A stretch of 64,000 bases of DNA from Octopus vulgaris (Eukaryota), in contig OX597820.1 in NCBI GenBank assembly GCA_951406725.2, positions 85,622,001-85,686,000 on the forward strand. Reading direction: 5' to 3'. A program made the position numbers and the translations under genes. Of this stretch, positions 29,023-42,251 are shown piece after piece; positions within the stretch are counted from its first letter, which is position 1; each line of letters opens with the position of its first letter. The notes under the pieces were generated by a model. The model did not search any database. It saw only the letters and a list, made by a program, of their open reading frames with translations, and was not told the DNA's origin.

Positions 29023-29895
29023 TGCGATTCTCCTACACACTAAGAAACAACTGTTTGTGCTTATTTAGCATTACTTTATTCGACTTATCAGACACTGTTT
29101 GCTTCCTGTTAATACGGCTCGTAAGCATATCAGAATTATATAATTGTTTCAATGGTTTCAATATGTATCAGACAACATCGCATTTGTGAGTCGGAGGTAG
29201 ATATATTCTGTCTTCTACAGTTTGGTATGCTGGCTTTAGGACCGACCGTCAAGTATTTGATGGTCTTTGTGTCTAGCCATTTAAATTTTCTTTCTGATGG
29301 TTATGCAGTAACTACGGACTGTAAATGTAGATGATAACAACTAAACCCCTTATACTATTCACAGTATTGCGTTGAGCGTTTAAAGATTAGATTGACTTTC
29401 TCATATTCTCTTTCCTGTTTTCTCGTTTCTTTCTGTATGTTTCATTTTATCAATATCTAATACTCCCTCACTTCTTGTATGATTGATTCTCTTGAAATTA
29501 TCTGGTTCGGGGATCTATTTCAAATATCATACTTTTAGATTCAATCAATTTCACTCTTTTTATTATAATGTTGGCATTGAACATATAAACTGGTATAAAG
29601 AAAAATGTGCCAACTGCATGTACGAGTGTACAGTAGTATGTGAAAGAAAAAAACAATGCCTCAATTAAGAAGGTAATAGAAATATAAATTAGTTCAGTTG
29701 CACTTTATGATTTCTTTCTTAAAAACTATAAAAATGTATGCTTCTCTCCAAAGAATTTTACGAAACGTTACTTTACTAAAACAATAGTGGCCATCTTGTA
29801 CAAAATTGAATACATATATATATGAGTGTATATACATACATATATACATATATACACACGCACACAAACACACACGGACACACACATATATATGG

Positions 29896-29953
<58 letters not shown>

Positions 29954-30917
29954 TGCATACACGAATACACATTTGTGGTAATTGTAGTTGTACTCACACA
30001 CAGACACTACCACACCCAATCATATGCGAACACACACACACTCACACACACATATTTACAAAGAGAGGGGAGGTGGTGACGTGTCTGAATTAAAAGAGAT
30101 AGATTGAGAGCTACACATATAACTACATACATACTCTCATATACACATAGTGATTTATATTTTCCCAAACAAACTAGAAGTGACATAAATATATGAAAAG
30201 TGATATTTAGAAACTAATTAAGTATCCAGTATTTTAAAAGTAAGACGTTATCTCTTGAGAAAATGGTTAACAGCGTTATTGCCTATCAATATAATGGGTA
30301 GTATAAGTTATTGCGAGATCACGTGAGAATGCTATTAAATTTAGTGTAAATTTTTCCCAGAAATTGAAAAGTGACAAAAAACAATTATACGTTTATTCGT
30401 ATGTGACTCTATGTATGTGTAAATGTGTGTGTGAATGTGAGAGAGAGAGAAGGAGAGAGAGAGAGAGAGCATGTGTGTGTGTGGTTGTACATACGCTAAT
30501 GTTCATTTGACTCTATGGTGTGTCTGTAGCTGCATATGTATGTATGTGTATATATATATCATCTTGTCTGTTCGTATGTTTTAAATATATATTCGTGTTC
30601 ATTCCATCTGTATACACTCGCATATGTATACATGTATAGATACGTGCATATATACATACATACATACATATATATGTATGTATATATATACATACATACA
30701 TATATATGTATATATATATATATATATATATTCATATATGAAGCATAAACACACATTCACGAAGACTTCCATACATGCTTAAGTGCATAAGAATGCGAAT
30801 AGATGTAAAAGCTTGCGCACCCGCACACACACAAACGCAACACACACACATACCTACACACACACACATATATAATCATACGTATACTTATGTATATATG
30901 TCTATATATGTATATGT

Positions 30918-30949
<32 letters not shown>

Positions 30950-31042
30950 GTACGTGTTAATATATATATATATATATACATGTATATATATGCATATATA
31001 TACGTGTATATGTATGTATATATATATATATATTTATATATT

Positions 31043-31115
<73 letters not shown>

Positions 31116-31119
<4 letters not shown>

Positions 31120-31482
31120 CAGTATCGCCCGGCGTTGCTCAGGTTTGTAAGGGAAATAACTATAAAGCATTTTTAGAGAGTTATAGCCAAAAAATAGCAA
31201 AAAAATGGAAAAAAATGATGGTAAATTTTTTTTTAGTTAAAAAAGGTGGAGTTGCGTCCCCTAGACAGTTTGTGTTTCTGATTCTGGACCCCATGTCGAA
31301 TTTATCGATTTTTTTCAGAACTGGGGAACTTTTCAAAATTTTCGCTGCGTTAGTTTTGAATTATGACATTGGGCTATGTGTGTGTCAAGTTTCATCAGAA
31401 TCGGTTGAAAGCCGTGGTCAGGGTGAAGGTACAAGCAAACAGACACAAAGAAACACGCACAGACAAACTGCCGTTTATATAT

Positions 31483-31487
<5 letters not shown>
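31116..31487 (-). mobile_element. Non-autonomous Helitron
   Basis: Minus strand starts A|TCTCTATATATAAA and ends with a GC hairpin (cctgagcaacgccggg) about 10 nt before a CTA terminus merging into (TA)n. Confidence 0.7.
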
Positions 31488-31521
<34 letters not shown>

Positions 31522-31769
31522 TATATTCATATTTAATGAATTTTGTTAAATGTAGCAACGTATTACTCCAATCGGCAACATTCGCTTATTTACAAATATT
31601 TTTCTTCGGGTGGTTTAGAAAAGTAATTTTCTGTCAAATATCGGTATTTCAAATATTTATATTTTCCACACGGTAACAACATATTGTATAGAACAACACT
31701 TTAGACTGTTCAAGACACTACTATATTATTCCTACTTCTGCGTTATATATATTTATATATCTATGTTTG

Positions 31770-31813
<44 letters not shown>

Positions 31814-31963
31814 TATGCGTGTGTTTGTGGGCATTTGTACATATGTATATATAAATATATTTATATATACATACATATACATATACATATAAACATATAT
31901 ATACATATATATATAAACGCTAAAAAAAGTATATCTGTATATATATATATATATTTGTGTCAT

Positions 31964-31994
<31 letters not shown>

Positions 31995-32347
31995 TTATGT
32001 GCGTGCTTATGTGTGAGTTTGTGTGAGTGTGTGCATGTATGTGTTTACGTGTCGCTATATAATATATACGTGTGTGCTTGTGCATTAATTGTTCGAGTAT
32101 TACACATCATTATATGATAATATTTTGGATTCCTGAAACGGGTGATGCATTGTGTTCTTGACGGAAACCCTTCGTTTCACATTTCTCCAGTCCACTCAGT
32201 TCATAAATGTGAGTATACAATGAAAGAATGAACTCCCTTCTGAAAGATATTTGTATAAGTCATAGAGTCTGGAAAATCGTTCTCTCAATGCCCAGTTATC
32301 ATTTGGTCCTTTGATACAAATACATATATACAAATACACACATATAC

Positions 32348-32379
<32 letters not shown>

Positions 32380-32381
<2 letters not shown>

Positions 32382-32579
32382 ATCTGTAGTACGTATGTAT
32401 TAATACTACTTTCAAACGATTTTCACCAAACTTTACACCCACATTACTTATGTGCCAAGGATGGTCATGCACTATAACTCTTTGCCAAGAGCTCCTACGT
32501 AAACCGTGAAACCGAGAAAAATCGTGTTTTACACAGGTTTTTTCCTAAAACCTTCTGCAGTTTTCAACCAATTCTATCC

Positions 32580-32619
<40 letters not shown>

Positions 32620-33610
32620 ATTTCTCTCTTCTCTCTCTTGTTCTCCATTCTCTGATTCTGTTGCTTACACTTCTTCTATCTCACCCTCTGTAATAGCTTC
32701 TCTCCTTTAGTCTATGGCTGTTTCTTTCCCATTCTCCATCTCCCTCTCACTCTCTTTAACTCACACATACACTTACTAACTTACTAATTTTCCTTCCTTG
32801 CATTTAAATTAGTCGGGATTACTTATGTGTTGTCACGGGTTTTCTACGTCTTCCCTGAATAATAATTGGGTTATTTTTGTATTTGTGTCCACCCAGTGGG
32901 TTTCAATTCAGTTTTGCCATATCTGCCTAAAAACTAACTTCAATCTATTTCAATTTTGTCGTGCGTAAAAATCTTTGTCTGTGCAATATTCTCCCTACAA
33001 CATTACTTATTTTAATTTTTTGCATTCCGTCTATTTAAATCCACTATTTACTTTTCTCCCTCCATCGAATAACGTTGTGCATGGGTCGTATATGTGCCGT
33101 ACATGGGCCTCATGCAGCCGATGTGTCTTTATTACTAGCCAATGAGATTTCAACCACGCCACTGTGTTAGCATGCGTTAGAGAAAGCTATCCTAAAGCGG
33201 CTCAAGTTATTTCATTCAGACTATTTTCTTGTAGAGATTTATACGCTCAAATGGTGTTTGTAAATTCTGTCTACAAATTGACTTCCTTCTATTTAAATTA
33301 GTCCTTCATAAAGACCTCTGTTGTTACGGTTTTTGTACATTCTCCCCGAAAAATGATATAATTATTTTTCATATTTATTCACCCAGTGTGCTTAAATTCA
33401 GTTTTGCTACATCTACCTAAAACTCTAGAGTATTTCAAGTTTGTCGTGCGTAAATATCTTTGTCATTTCGGTATTTGTACATTCTCAAAATATCTGTGTA
33501 TCTGTGTGTGTAGTACGGATACATTTCTACATTTTTCGACTGATTTTCACCAAATGTTGCACGCCCATTACTTGTGTGCCAAGGATGGTCATGCACTATA
33601 AGACACTGCC
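32380..33610 (+). mobile_element. Helitron-associated non-coding segment with internal duplications
   Basis: ttttcaccaaa...tgtgccaaggatggtcatgcactataa occurs at ~32420-32476 and ~33544-33601; ~32800-32980 is similar to ~33290-33465; abuts the helicase fragment. Confidence 0.5.
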
Positions 33611-33619
33611 CATATCTCC

Positions 33620-33970
33620 CGCTGCAACCTTCGGGTCTCCCTTCCCACAGATTGGGACTGAAAGTAGGCACTTCAATAATGCTGCTGAGGTATTTTGGAC
33701 CCTCCGAGCCTGTGCAATGGGAGACAACTGGTGGTGAAGAATATGATGCCACGTGTTACTGAGGCTACCGCCCTGTCCGGATGTGGACAGGCAGAGCACG
33801 TCTTCATACCAAGCATCCCCATTATTCCACTGGAAGCGAAAATTCCCTTTACTTTTAGACGGTTGTAATTTCTCGTCCGTGTAAATTTTGCGATATCTAT
33901 CAACAAATTGGCGGAATTAACACTCTCTATGGCAGGACTTCACATTGAGGAGTCGTGTTTCTCATACGAG
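33620..33970 (+). pseudogene. Helitron PIF1-like helicase C-terminal fragment
   Basis: LQPSGLPSHRLGLKVGTSIMLLR, LCNG, HVFIPSIPIIP, FRRL*FLVRVNFAISINK, CFSY. Confidence 0.9.
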
Positions 33971-34079
33971 TGAGTGGACAAAGGAAACAAGAGAACTCGA
34001 CCAATTTATTAAGATGTACATCTATGGATCAAAACAGCTTGATGGAAATTCGTTGGTCAATCTCCTGTTCGCCATGCGG

Positions 34080-34428
34080 TATTTTGCACTAACTGTTACC
34101 CATATATCAACATCAAACCACGACCGGACGTGACCTTCCACAACCCACCTTACCGTAATAACAATCGACTTCTGTCATTCATAGACAAAATGGCTCACGA
34201 CTGGCATCACACTTGTAACTCAGGCATACCAACGAATTTTAATCAAATTGTCATTATCCATATATAAGCACTAAACCTGTTTTATTTTCACTCTCTGTTT
34301 ATTTCTTTGTGTTTTTCTATTGAAGAGCATTGGCTCGAAAATTGAAAGACTTTCTCACTTCCCGCGCGTTAAACTAATACATCTGTTTGTTGTTTACACA
34401 CCCGTTTTTTTTCTTTTTACTTTTGTAA

Positions 34429-34436
<8 letters not shown>
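34080..34436 (+). mobile_element. Decayed PLE-type 3' end with degenerate HHR
   Basis: ttgaagagc attg gctcgaaa at 34319-34340 (CTGAAGA-helix II-GAAA remnant); ends in (TA)n. Confidence 0.45.
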
Positions 34437-34473
<37 letters not shown>

Positions 34474-34477
<4 letters not shown>

Positions 34478-34808
34478 ACCGGAGGAAGCACATAAATGTG
34501 AAACAAGGTGGAAAAAAGAGTATTCAAATACAAGAGGTAGAGTAATATGCTTCATATAAAATCTGTTACTCAGAGTTTCACATTCCCGTTTGTCGGACAG
34601 TTCTTTTCGTTTATTTTTATTTCTCGCATACTTAAGACCGTTATTTGAAAGGACCAATGAAACAAATCCATATTTAAAGATGTATCCTTTAACTAATTTT
34701 GATCAAATTGTTATTTCTGTTCTATTTTAACAAAAATTGTCCGACGAACGGGAATGTGAAACTCTGAGTAACAGTTTTGTTATATTTCTGCTGCTTTAAA
34801 ATAAAGTA
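34474..34808 (-). mobile_element. Fold-back PLE-type non-coding element with two inverted minimal HHR motifs, in (TA)n
   Basis: 34563-34600 is inverted to 34737-34774; homologous to 18882-19056. Confidence 0.75.
34729..34781 (+). ncRNA. Minimal hammerhead motif, CCGACGA core variant
   Basis: Helix I aacaaaaattgt/acagttttgtt; CCGACGA 34741-34747; helix II ACG-GGAA-TGT; GAAA 34758-34761; helix III ACTC-t-GAGT; GTA 34768-34770. Confidence 0.65.
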
Positions 34809-34837
34809 TATATATATATATATATTTGTATATCCAT

Positions 34838-35047
34838 GTATATATCTATGTTTCCGTTTTTCTCCCCGCCCATTAGTTGACAACCGATGTTGATTTGTTT
34901 ACGAACCCGTAACGTAACAGTTCGGCAAAGAGAACGATAGAATAAGTACGACGCTAATAAAGAATATGTCCTATGGTCGGTTTCTTCCACTAAGACCCAT
35001 TAAGGTAGTGCAACAGTATGGTGGCAGAATAATGACTGAAACAAGAG
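34838..35047 (+). mobile_element. SINE family A 3' half, diverged
   Basis: ttgacaaccgatg...gttcggcaaag...gatagaataagtac...aatgactgaaacaag. Confidence 0.75.
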
Positions 35048-35081
35048 TTTGTAGGTATACATAACTATATACATACATACG

Positions 35082-35140
<59 letters not shown>

Positions 35141-35310
35141 GTGTTTGCGAGTCCCTGTGTGTGTCTGTGTGCGTTCGTCTGTGTATAATTATGTTGCTTC
35201 TTCTTTTGTAGTATCTGATTTGCTTTTCCTTCCTTCACCCAAACTATGTATACTTTCTCGATTACTAACTAAATATAAACACTCCAGCCAAATGTAAAAT
35301 TTGTATTATC

Positions 35311-35383
<73 letters not shown>

Positions 35384-36360
35384 GAATTTCCAATAGGAAC
35401 TTCCTCACGTCTCTATCTAAAATGTAAAACTATGTAATTCCTATTGACAAATATTCTAACATCCTCTTTATATATATATAAATATATATGTATATATCAA
35501 CATATATATATATATATGTATATATCAACATATATATATATACACACACATACAAAATGAATACACAATTATTTAGCAGGAATAGTATTGACAAAGACAT
35601 TGAAGTTTATCGTTTATCCAGCTCACCAATTATCGGACTGTGGTTCAACTTGACTTTATATATTTTTCGTTAAGTTAGAATTTTTTAAAGTAAGCTGCGC
35701 TCTAATGAATAATTAGGATTTATGATAGGTTGTGAAGTCAAGTTGTTATGAGGAATTTTAATTGAATAAATTTCGCGTTTGTACAATTGTTTAGAATTTA
35801 TCCGTGCAGATGGAAATTTGTAATCAGATGTGTATATTTAGATGTGTCATTTTCAGGTCATAAGAGTTCACATAATGTACTAAGGTGCAAGGTTGATCGG
35901 CAGATGTGTCAATAGATACACTTTTAGTTAATTTTAATTGGATATTAATAGGATATTCAATGTTTTGCTTAAAGAATTTGAAGATTAAAACTTAGAATTC
36001 TGTCCAGCATTTAAAACTAGGTGTTTCAGCTTTCAGGCAATCACGATGTTTTTCAGGGTTCGCAAGAGTATATTTAGTTCGAAAATATTACTTTGTTGGG
36101 GAGCATGTGTTATTTAGGGTTTTTCGCCAGTTTGGGTAGTGAAGATGTTCGTTATCACTTAAACACCGTCGTTAGTCGGCTTGCTACTTCTAGGGGATAA
36201 TTGTTCTAGAAGTAATTTGGTTATCATTTAAAAATCTTAACATTTTTTGTTAGGGAGGTGAAGCCTGTGGGCTGTTTCTTTTATATATATATTTCTTTTA
36301 TTCTGTTTCAAGCATGGACATCTTAGAATACATTATTCCAGACTATTCAAAATATGAGAA

Positions 36361-36760
36361 AGGCGGCGACCTGGCAGAAACGTTAGCACGCTGGGCGAAA
36401 TGCTTAGCGGTATTTCGTTTGCCGCTACATTCTGAGTTCAAATTCAGCCGAGGTCGAAATTGCCTTTCATCCTTTCGGGGTCGATTAAATAAGTATCAGT
36501 TACGCACTGGGGTCGATATAATCGACTTGATCCGTTTGTCTGTCCTTGTTTGTCCTCTGTGTTTAGCCCCTTGTGGGTAGTAAAAAAATTGGTATTTCAT
36601 CTGTCTTTACGTTCTGAGTTCAAATTCGGCCGACGAAATCCACTGTCTTTCATCTTTTCGGGGTCGATAAATTAAGTAACAGTTGCGTACATGGGTCGAG
36701 ATAATCGACTGGCACACTCCTTCTGAATCTCAAACCTTGTGACTATAGAAGAAGGGATTA
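36361..36760 (+). mobile_element. SINE family B, internally dimeric
   Basis: tRNA-like head (tggcagaaacgttagc; gagttcaaattc B box), gcctttcatcctttcggggtcga domain; unit repeated from 36591. Confidence 0.85.
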
Positions 36761-37949
36761 TAAAACGTGTGCAAAAAAAAAGTTTATGCGGCTAATTTTT
36801 ACATATATTTATAACGTTCATGAGTTTTTGGGGTTTCGGTTACATGAAACTGAGGAATATTTTCTGAAGTCGTTGGAGTAAAATAGTATTTTACTCTACA
36901 TTTAACACATGGTATTCTAGTAATATTCTCTCCTTCTTGCTTTGCACACATGTACTCACGCCTGTGTTTGCATATATATTGTGTATATATGTATCTCTAT
37001 GTATGTATAAATGTATGTTTATCTATCTGCATGCATTGATAAAGAATACAACGCCATACGACATATACACTATTTTACTGCTATAACCGATGTTATGCTG
37101 ACATTTATTTCCGAAAATGTACAAAATAGTTGAAAAGTTTTTTTAAAAACATGAAGTTTTTCCATGATTAACAAAATCTGATATTTTGCTTGCTACCTTG
37201 TCTTCTCTTTATTAATGTATTACGTTGTTTAGTTTTAGATTACATTTCAAAGCTTAATTCTTTTCTTATTTTTGTTCTTTTTTATTCTATAAAGGTTATT
37301 TGGAAGTTACTTTATGCCTAAGGTGTTTAAATGGTAGAAAATGCATTAATTTGAGAAATATAAGATGTAATTAAGAAAAATTCGAAAAGGCAAAATGAAA
37401 AAAATATTTCTTTGCTTTTTTTGTAAAAGATTATCTCGAGGTTAAATTGTTGTCTCAAAAATTAGAACAGATAATTTAGAAAGAATTTCCAGCAAACAAA
37501 CATGTAATAACGATTTTAGTTTGCCAGAAGGGTAACAAACAGATTATATTACCTTACAATGCAGCGCAAAATTTTGCCTGCAATACAAGGCAATACGCAT
37601 ATCACTATTAAACAGAAGATTGGCAAAATGTAAATATATATACATACACACAAACCTGCACAATGCACGAGATGTACACAAGCACACTCATCGCATACAT
37701 ATACTTTTACGTGAATACATACATAAAGGTATACATATTTTTTAAAGATATATGAAACTATATATTCTGTGCCTGTACATATCCTTTCATTTGTCAACAT
37801 ATCACACAATGAATTGTTCAGTGAACAACTACAAACATTAGAATAGCTATACTGACGATAATTCAGCAATATGATAAAATCTATGCTTGCTGTTGGCAAC
37901 AGCTTTATGTTGGGAAGTTCCTGAATATCCTCCAAATCGCTAATCATGT

Positions 37950-39430
37950 GATTGTGCCAACATCATTCACTGAGATACTAAACACTAGAATATTTACTAC
38001 AAAGAAAAATAAATGCTGATTATCCAAAACATAAATCCGAAAGATCCTCAAAACTATAGGCTTATGATATGTTTGCCAACGACATATATATATTTTCCAC
38101 ACATTATACCAACTATATTCTATTACAGGATTTTTAAGGAGATATAATCTGAAAAACTCGGCTAGGGTAAATTGCAAAATATGTGCAAACAGGAAAAAGA
38201 GAGAGAGGGAAAATTATGAATTTCCGACAAAAATTTCATAGAATACGAAGGGTTTGGATACTCAGTTATTTCAACCATGCAACAGAATACAACAGAAATT
38301 AGCAAACTAGTAAATAAAAAGTACCGTACACCTATAAGAAAATTACGAATTCGGCCAGATTCCTAGAAAAACCTGCTAGTGTGACTGGCATTTACCCTAC
38401 CGATATACTTGCTGAATGAAATTTACTAATGCAACAAAACGCAAATTATCATAATGACTTCTAGACCCAGATATTAAACACAATACACATGCAAATAGTC
38501 AGAAACTGTTGAAATGTGTACCCGATAGAGAAGTTGGACAAAAATTGAAATCGCACTACAAATGAGTTAAACAGCTGTTACAATCGAAACAGAAAGGCAT
38601 AATTAAGATAACAGATATACATACACAAATCAACAGCTTTGAAATAGTAAGTCTATACGTTACGTGACTTGAAGAGCTTAGCTCAAAATAGAACAATAAT
38701 ACAGGAAGCTGTAGTGTAGCGAAGCTACAATTCGAAAGGTAATAGCCAAAGGAAATTCACTAACAGCATTCAGTGAGAGTGAGCTTTAATGGAGATTTAT
38801 AAAAAATGTATAACAAAACGTTGATTTTGGCAAGGAAGTTTGAAGGAAAGGCAATTAAATTCATTAATGAATTAAAGTCATGAAATTCGTGATATATATA
38901 TTTGCTTGTGAATAAATAAAATATTAAGCATAAGCTTTCGACGGCGGACAAAAAGATTTAAAGAAAATAACAGGAAGAAAGTAATTTTATTAGACTGAAA
39001 CAATGTTTACGCAAAAAATATCTATAAGAACGGAATCACCGGAAAAGATTCCACCATCTAGAGCTGAATATTAGTATGTACAATAAGAAAATTGACTAAA
39101 TCAATGTGTATGGTTATCCAGACATTCAACACGAGAATGCATCCAGACACATGCTTGTAGGTAGATAAATACATTCAATAATATATGCATAATTCGACGG
39201 AAACAAAGTGGTTTATGTATATACGGAACATGGCATCTTTTTTTTACCACGGTAAGGAAATATGGGACGTGTATGTCGAAACTGACAATGGTATCAAAGA
39301 AAAAAAAAACAATATATGATTGCTTGTAATTAATATATTGCTAGAAATAATGTTAAATATCTCACAAATTGCAAGTATCTGAATAGAAAATATATGAATG
39401 TGGCGAAAGTATTATACGAGAAAAAAGTAA
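37950..39430 (+). pseudogene. Highly decayed R4/Dong-like RT element
   Basis: Ordered motif remnants: PKDPQNYRLMICLPT (~38030-38085), ctatacgttacgtgacttgaag (LYVDDLK-like), aaaggtaatagccaaaggaaattcacta (GIFQGDSL-like), WDVYVETD (~39265). Confidence 0.55.
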
Positions 39431-41097
39431 AGTGTAGCACTTGATACACAATGTCTGTATGAATGGCAAACTTGTGATGGTTGAATTGCTTTTGATCATA
39501 GTTTTGTTCAGTCAATTCTTACTAAGGACTATAAAACATCCAATAACGATGGATGTCGCAACAACAATAATAACAACAAAAATATCACCTACAAATAATA
39601 GCCATAGTAAAGCGGAGGACAGCAGTGATTCTGGCTGTATTTCCACTAACAACAAATAAAAATGATAGTAGTCGTTTGAATGTAATCGCTGGAGATGCGA
39701 GAAATAAGAGTTAAGGTTCCCAGAAATAAATATTTACCGTCTGATTAAGAAGAATACAGAGGATGGTACATTGCCAGTTAAACACTATGACTGTGTCACA
39801 TTCGACGGTTCCTAGAAGAGAAATCTCTCACAGAAACTGCGACTTCAGCTCATTTTCTGTCAAATGTAGAGTGCCCTACGATTTAGTTTTATTCGCTCAT
39901 AATCTATTATCATTAATGTGTCCAAAAATTTTGTTTTCTAACATTCCCCGCACGATTTTCTGTTTATTCAACAATTTGCAGGTGATACCATCGTTTTTTA
40001 TTCACCTAATACTTTGCACACATCTGTCAATCGCATACAACAAAGCCATCTCTAGCCAAACTAACAGTAACTATATTCTCAATGACCGCAGATGTTTTCT
40101 ATAGAATCAAGTTAATCTTTTCTTTTTTAACTGCACAAAAACAATCATCATACTAAATATATTGTAAATTAAATATTCAGTAAATTTCATTCAGTTTTAT
40201 TGTTTTAAACAGTGTCTGGTATTTTAAACAAAACAGTTAATTCCGCTTTATTTAAGAAACAACTTTATATACAAAGAACATTAATGCCAATATTAAATTT
40301 AAATGACGTGTTTAGGAGGAGTATAATGCGAAAAACCTTGACATTTATGTATTTTAGCCGATGTTTACATTTTCTATTAAAAATAACATTGAAACAAAAA
40401 TGACACGTGAGTAATCTTATCTTAATAAATAATTAATTAATCAATTGTCTAAAAATACGGTTTGTTTACATATTTCTTTACCTTCGGCTATTGATGGAGA
40501 GTATAAAATATACAAAAGAAAAACTGAACAACAAAGTGTCGTTTTCCGCCGTTCGTTAGCTGAAAGAACTTAAGCATGTATAGATTGTTACACAATATTT
40601 CTAACGCACAAATAGAAATTCAGTCGATTCGTTATTGATGTTTATTATTTATTAATTGTAATGTTTGAGAAAGAGCCAGAGAGAGAGAGAGAGAAACAGA
40701 CAGACAGGGCAATAAAGACTGAGAGAGATAGAGCGATAGAGACTGAGAAACACAGAATGATAGAGACCGAAAGACACAGCGATAGAGAGAGTGTGTATTA
40801 TGATATGAATACGTTTTATACAGAATTTTAGACATTTGGAGCTCAGATACGAATTTCAATGATCCAATGATTATAGTCACACAAAAGGGAAAGAACGGAG
40901 CCGAATGTGCAATTCTCTAGTAGGACTATTTAAGTGAATACTGCAGAATATTCTTAAAGCTTTCTTATGTTGCTGCGTGTACGAACATAAATTGCAAAGC
41001 TAATCCAAAATAGACCCCACCACTCGGATGGGTGTGGGCTGCTGTATCAACATTCTCACACCATTCATTATTGGGATCACTAATAAATACTTACGAT

Positions 41098-41513
41098 AGA
41101 GTGGCTGTGTGGTAAGTAGATTGCTTACGAACCACATGGTTCTGGGTTCAGTCTCACTGCGTGGCACCTTGGGCAAGTGTCTTCTACTATAGCCTCGGGC
41201 CGACCAAAACCTTGTGAGTGGATTTGGTAGACTGGAACTGAAAGAAGCCCGTCATATATGTTCGTATATATGTATATATACATATGTATGTGTGTATATG
41301 TTTGTGTCTGTGTTTGTCCCCCTAACATCGCTTGACAATCGATGCTGGTGTGTTTACGTTCCCATAACCTAGCGGTTCGGCAAAACGGACCGATAGATAA
41401 ATAATAGGCTTACGCTTACAAAGAATAAGTCCTCGGGTCGATTTGCTCGACTAAATGCGGTGCTCCAGCATGGCCACAGCCAAATGACTGAAACAAGTAA
41501 AAAATTAAAAGAG
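41098..41513 (+). mobile_element. SINE family A, full length
   Basis: Matches 21591-22000. Confidence 0.9.
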
Positions 41514-42216
41514 TAACGTGTACATACGCACGAAAACATACACATACATGTATAAACGCACACGCACTCGCACGCAAGCACATCCATATACGTGTATTTA
41601 TTTTACACCTCCTTTTTTCCTTTACAGCATTGATTTTTAATCCTCTATGTTTAATCCTGTATATTTTCAAATTCCTCTCTCATCACATGTTGCCTGTTGA
41701 CACAGGATGCTATACTACAGCTATATAGAACGTATTATTCTCCGTTACTATTTCCTTACACACGCACAAAACACACACATATATAGGTGTATGTATCCAT
41801 ATATATGTATATGTATATATGTGTGTGTGTGCATACATTTATATGCATATATGTTATGGAGAAAAGTCTTGTATTCCTACGCAGGAAATATAGGAGTTTT
41901 TGTTGCGGGTTTGAAAATGCACCAGACTCTTAAAACGTGCAGTCGTTTTAAACTTTTGTAACAGATTTATTAAGATAACCGACCGGTTTCAACAATTTTC
42001 TATTGTTCATGTTAAATCAGAAAAATAAAGAAGCAAAATGGTTAGAGACAGGTTAAACTTACATGGGAAAATTCAGAAAATATGTTTAAAAAGTCAAAAT
42101 TGTTCATAAAAATGTGAAATAAACATTATTATAAGCCTGATGCATTTCTTAACAGCTGCACGCGATTGAAAGAGATATTAAGTTATATCAACTATTAGAT
42201 ACCATAAAACATATAC

Positions 42217-42251
<35 letters not shown>

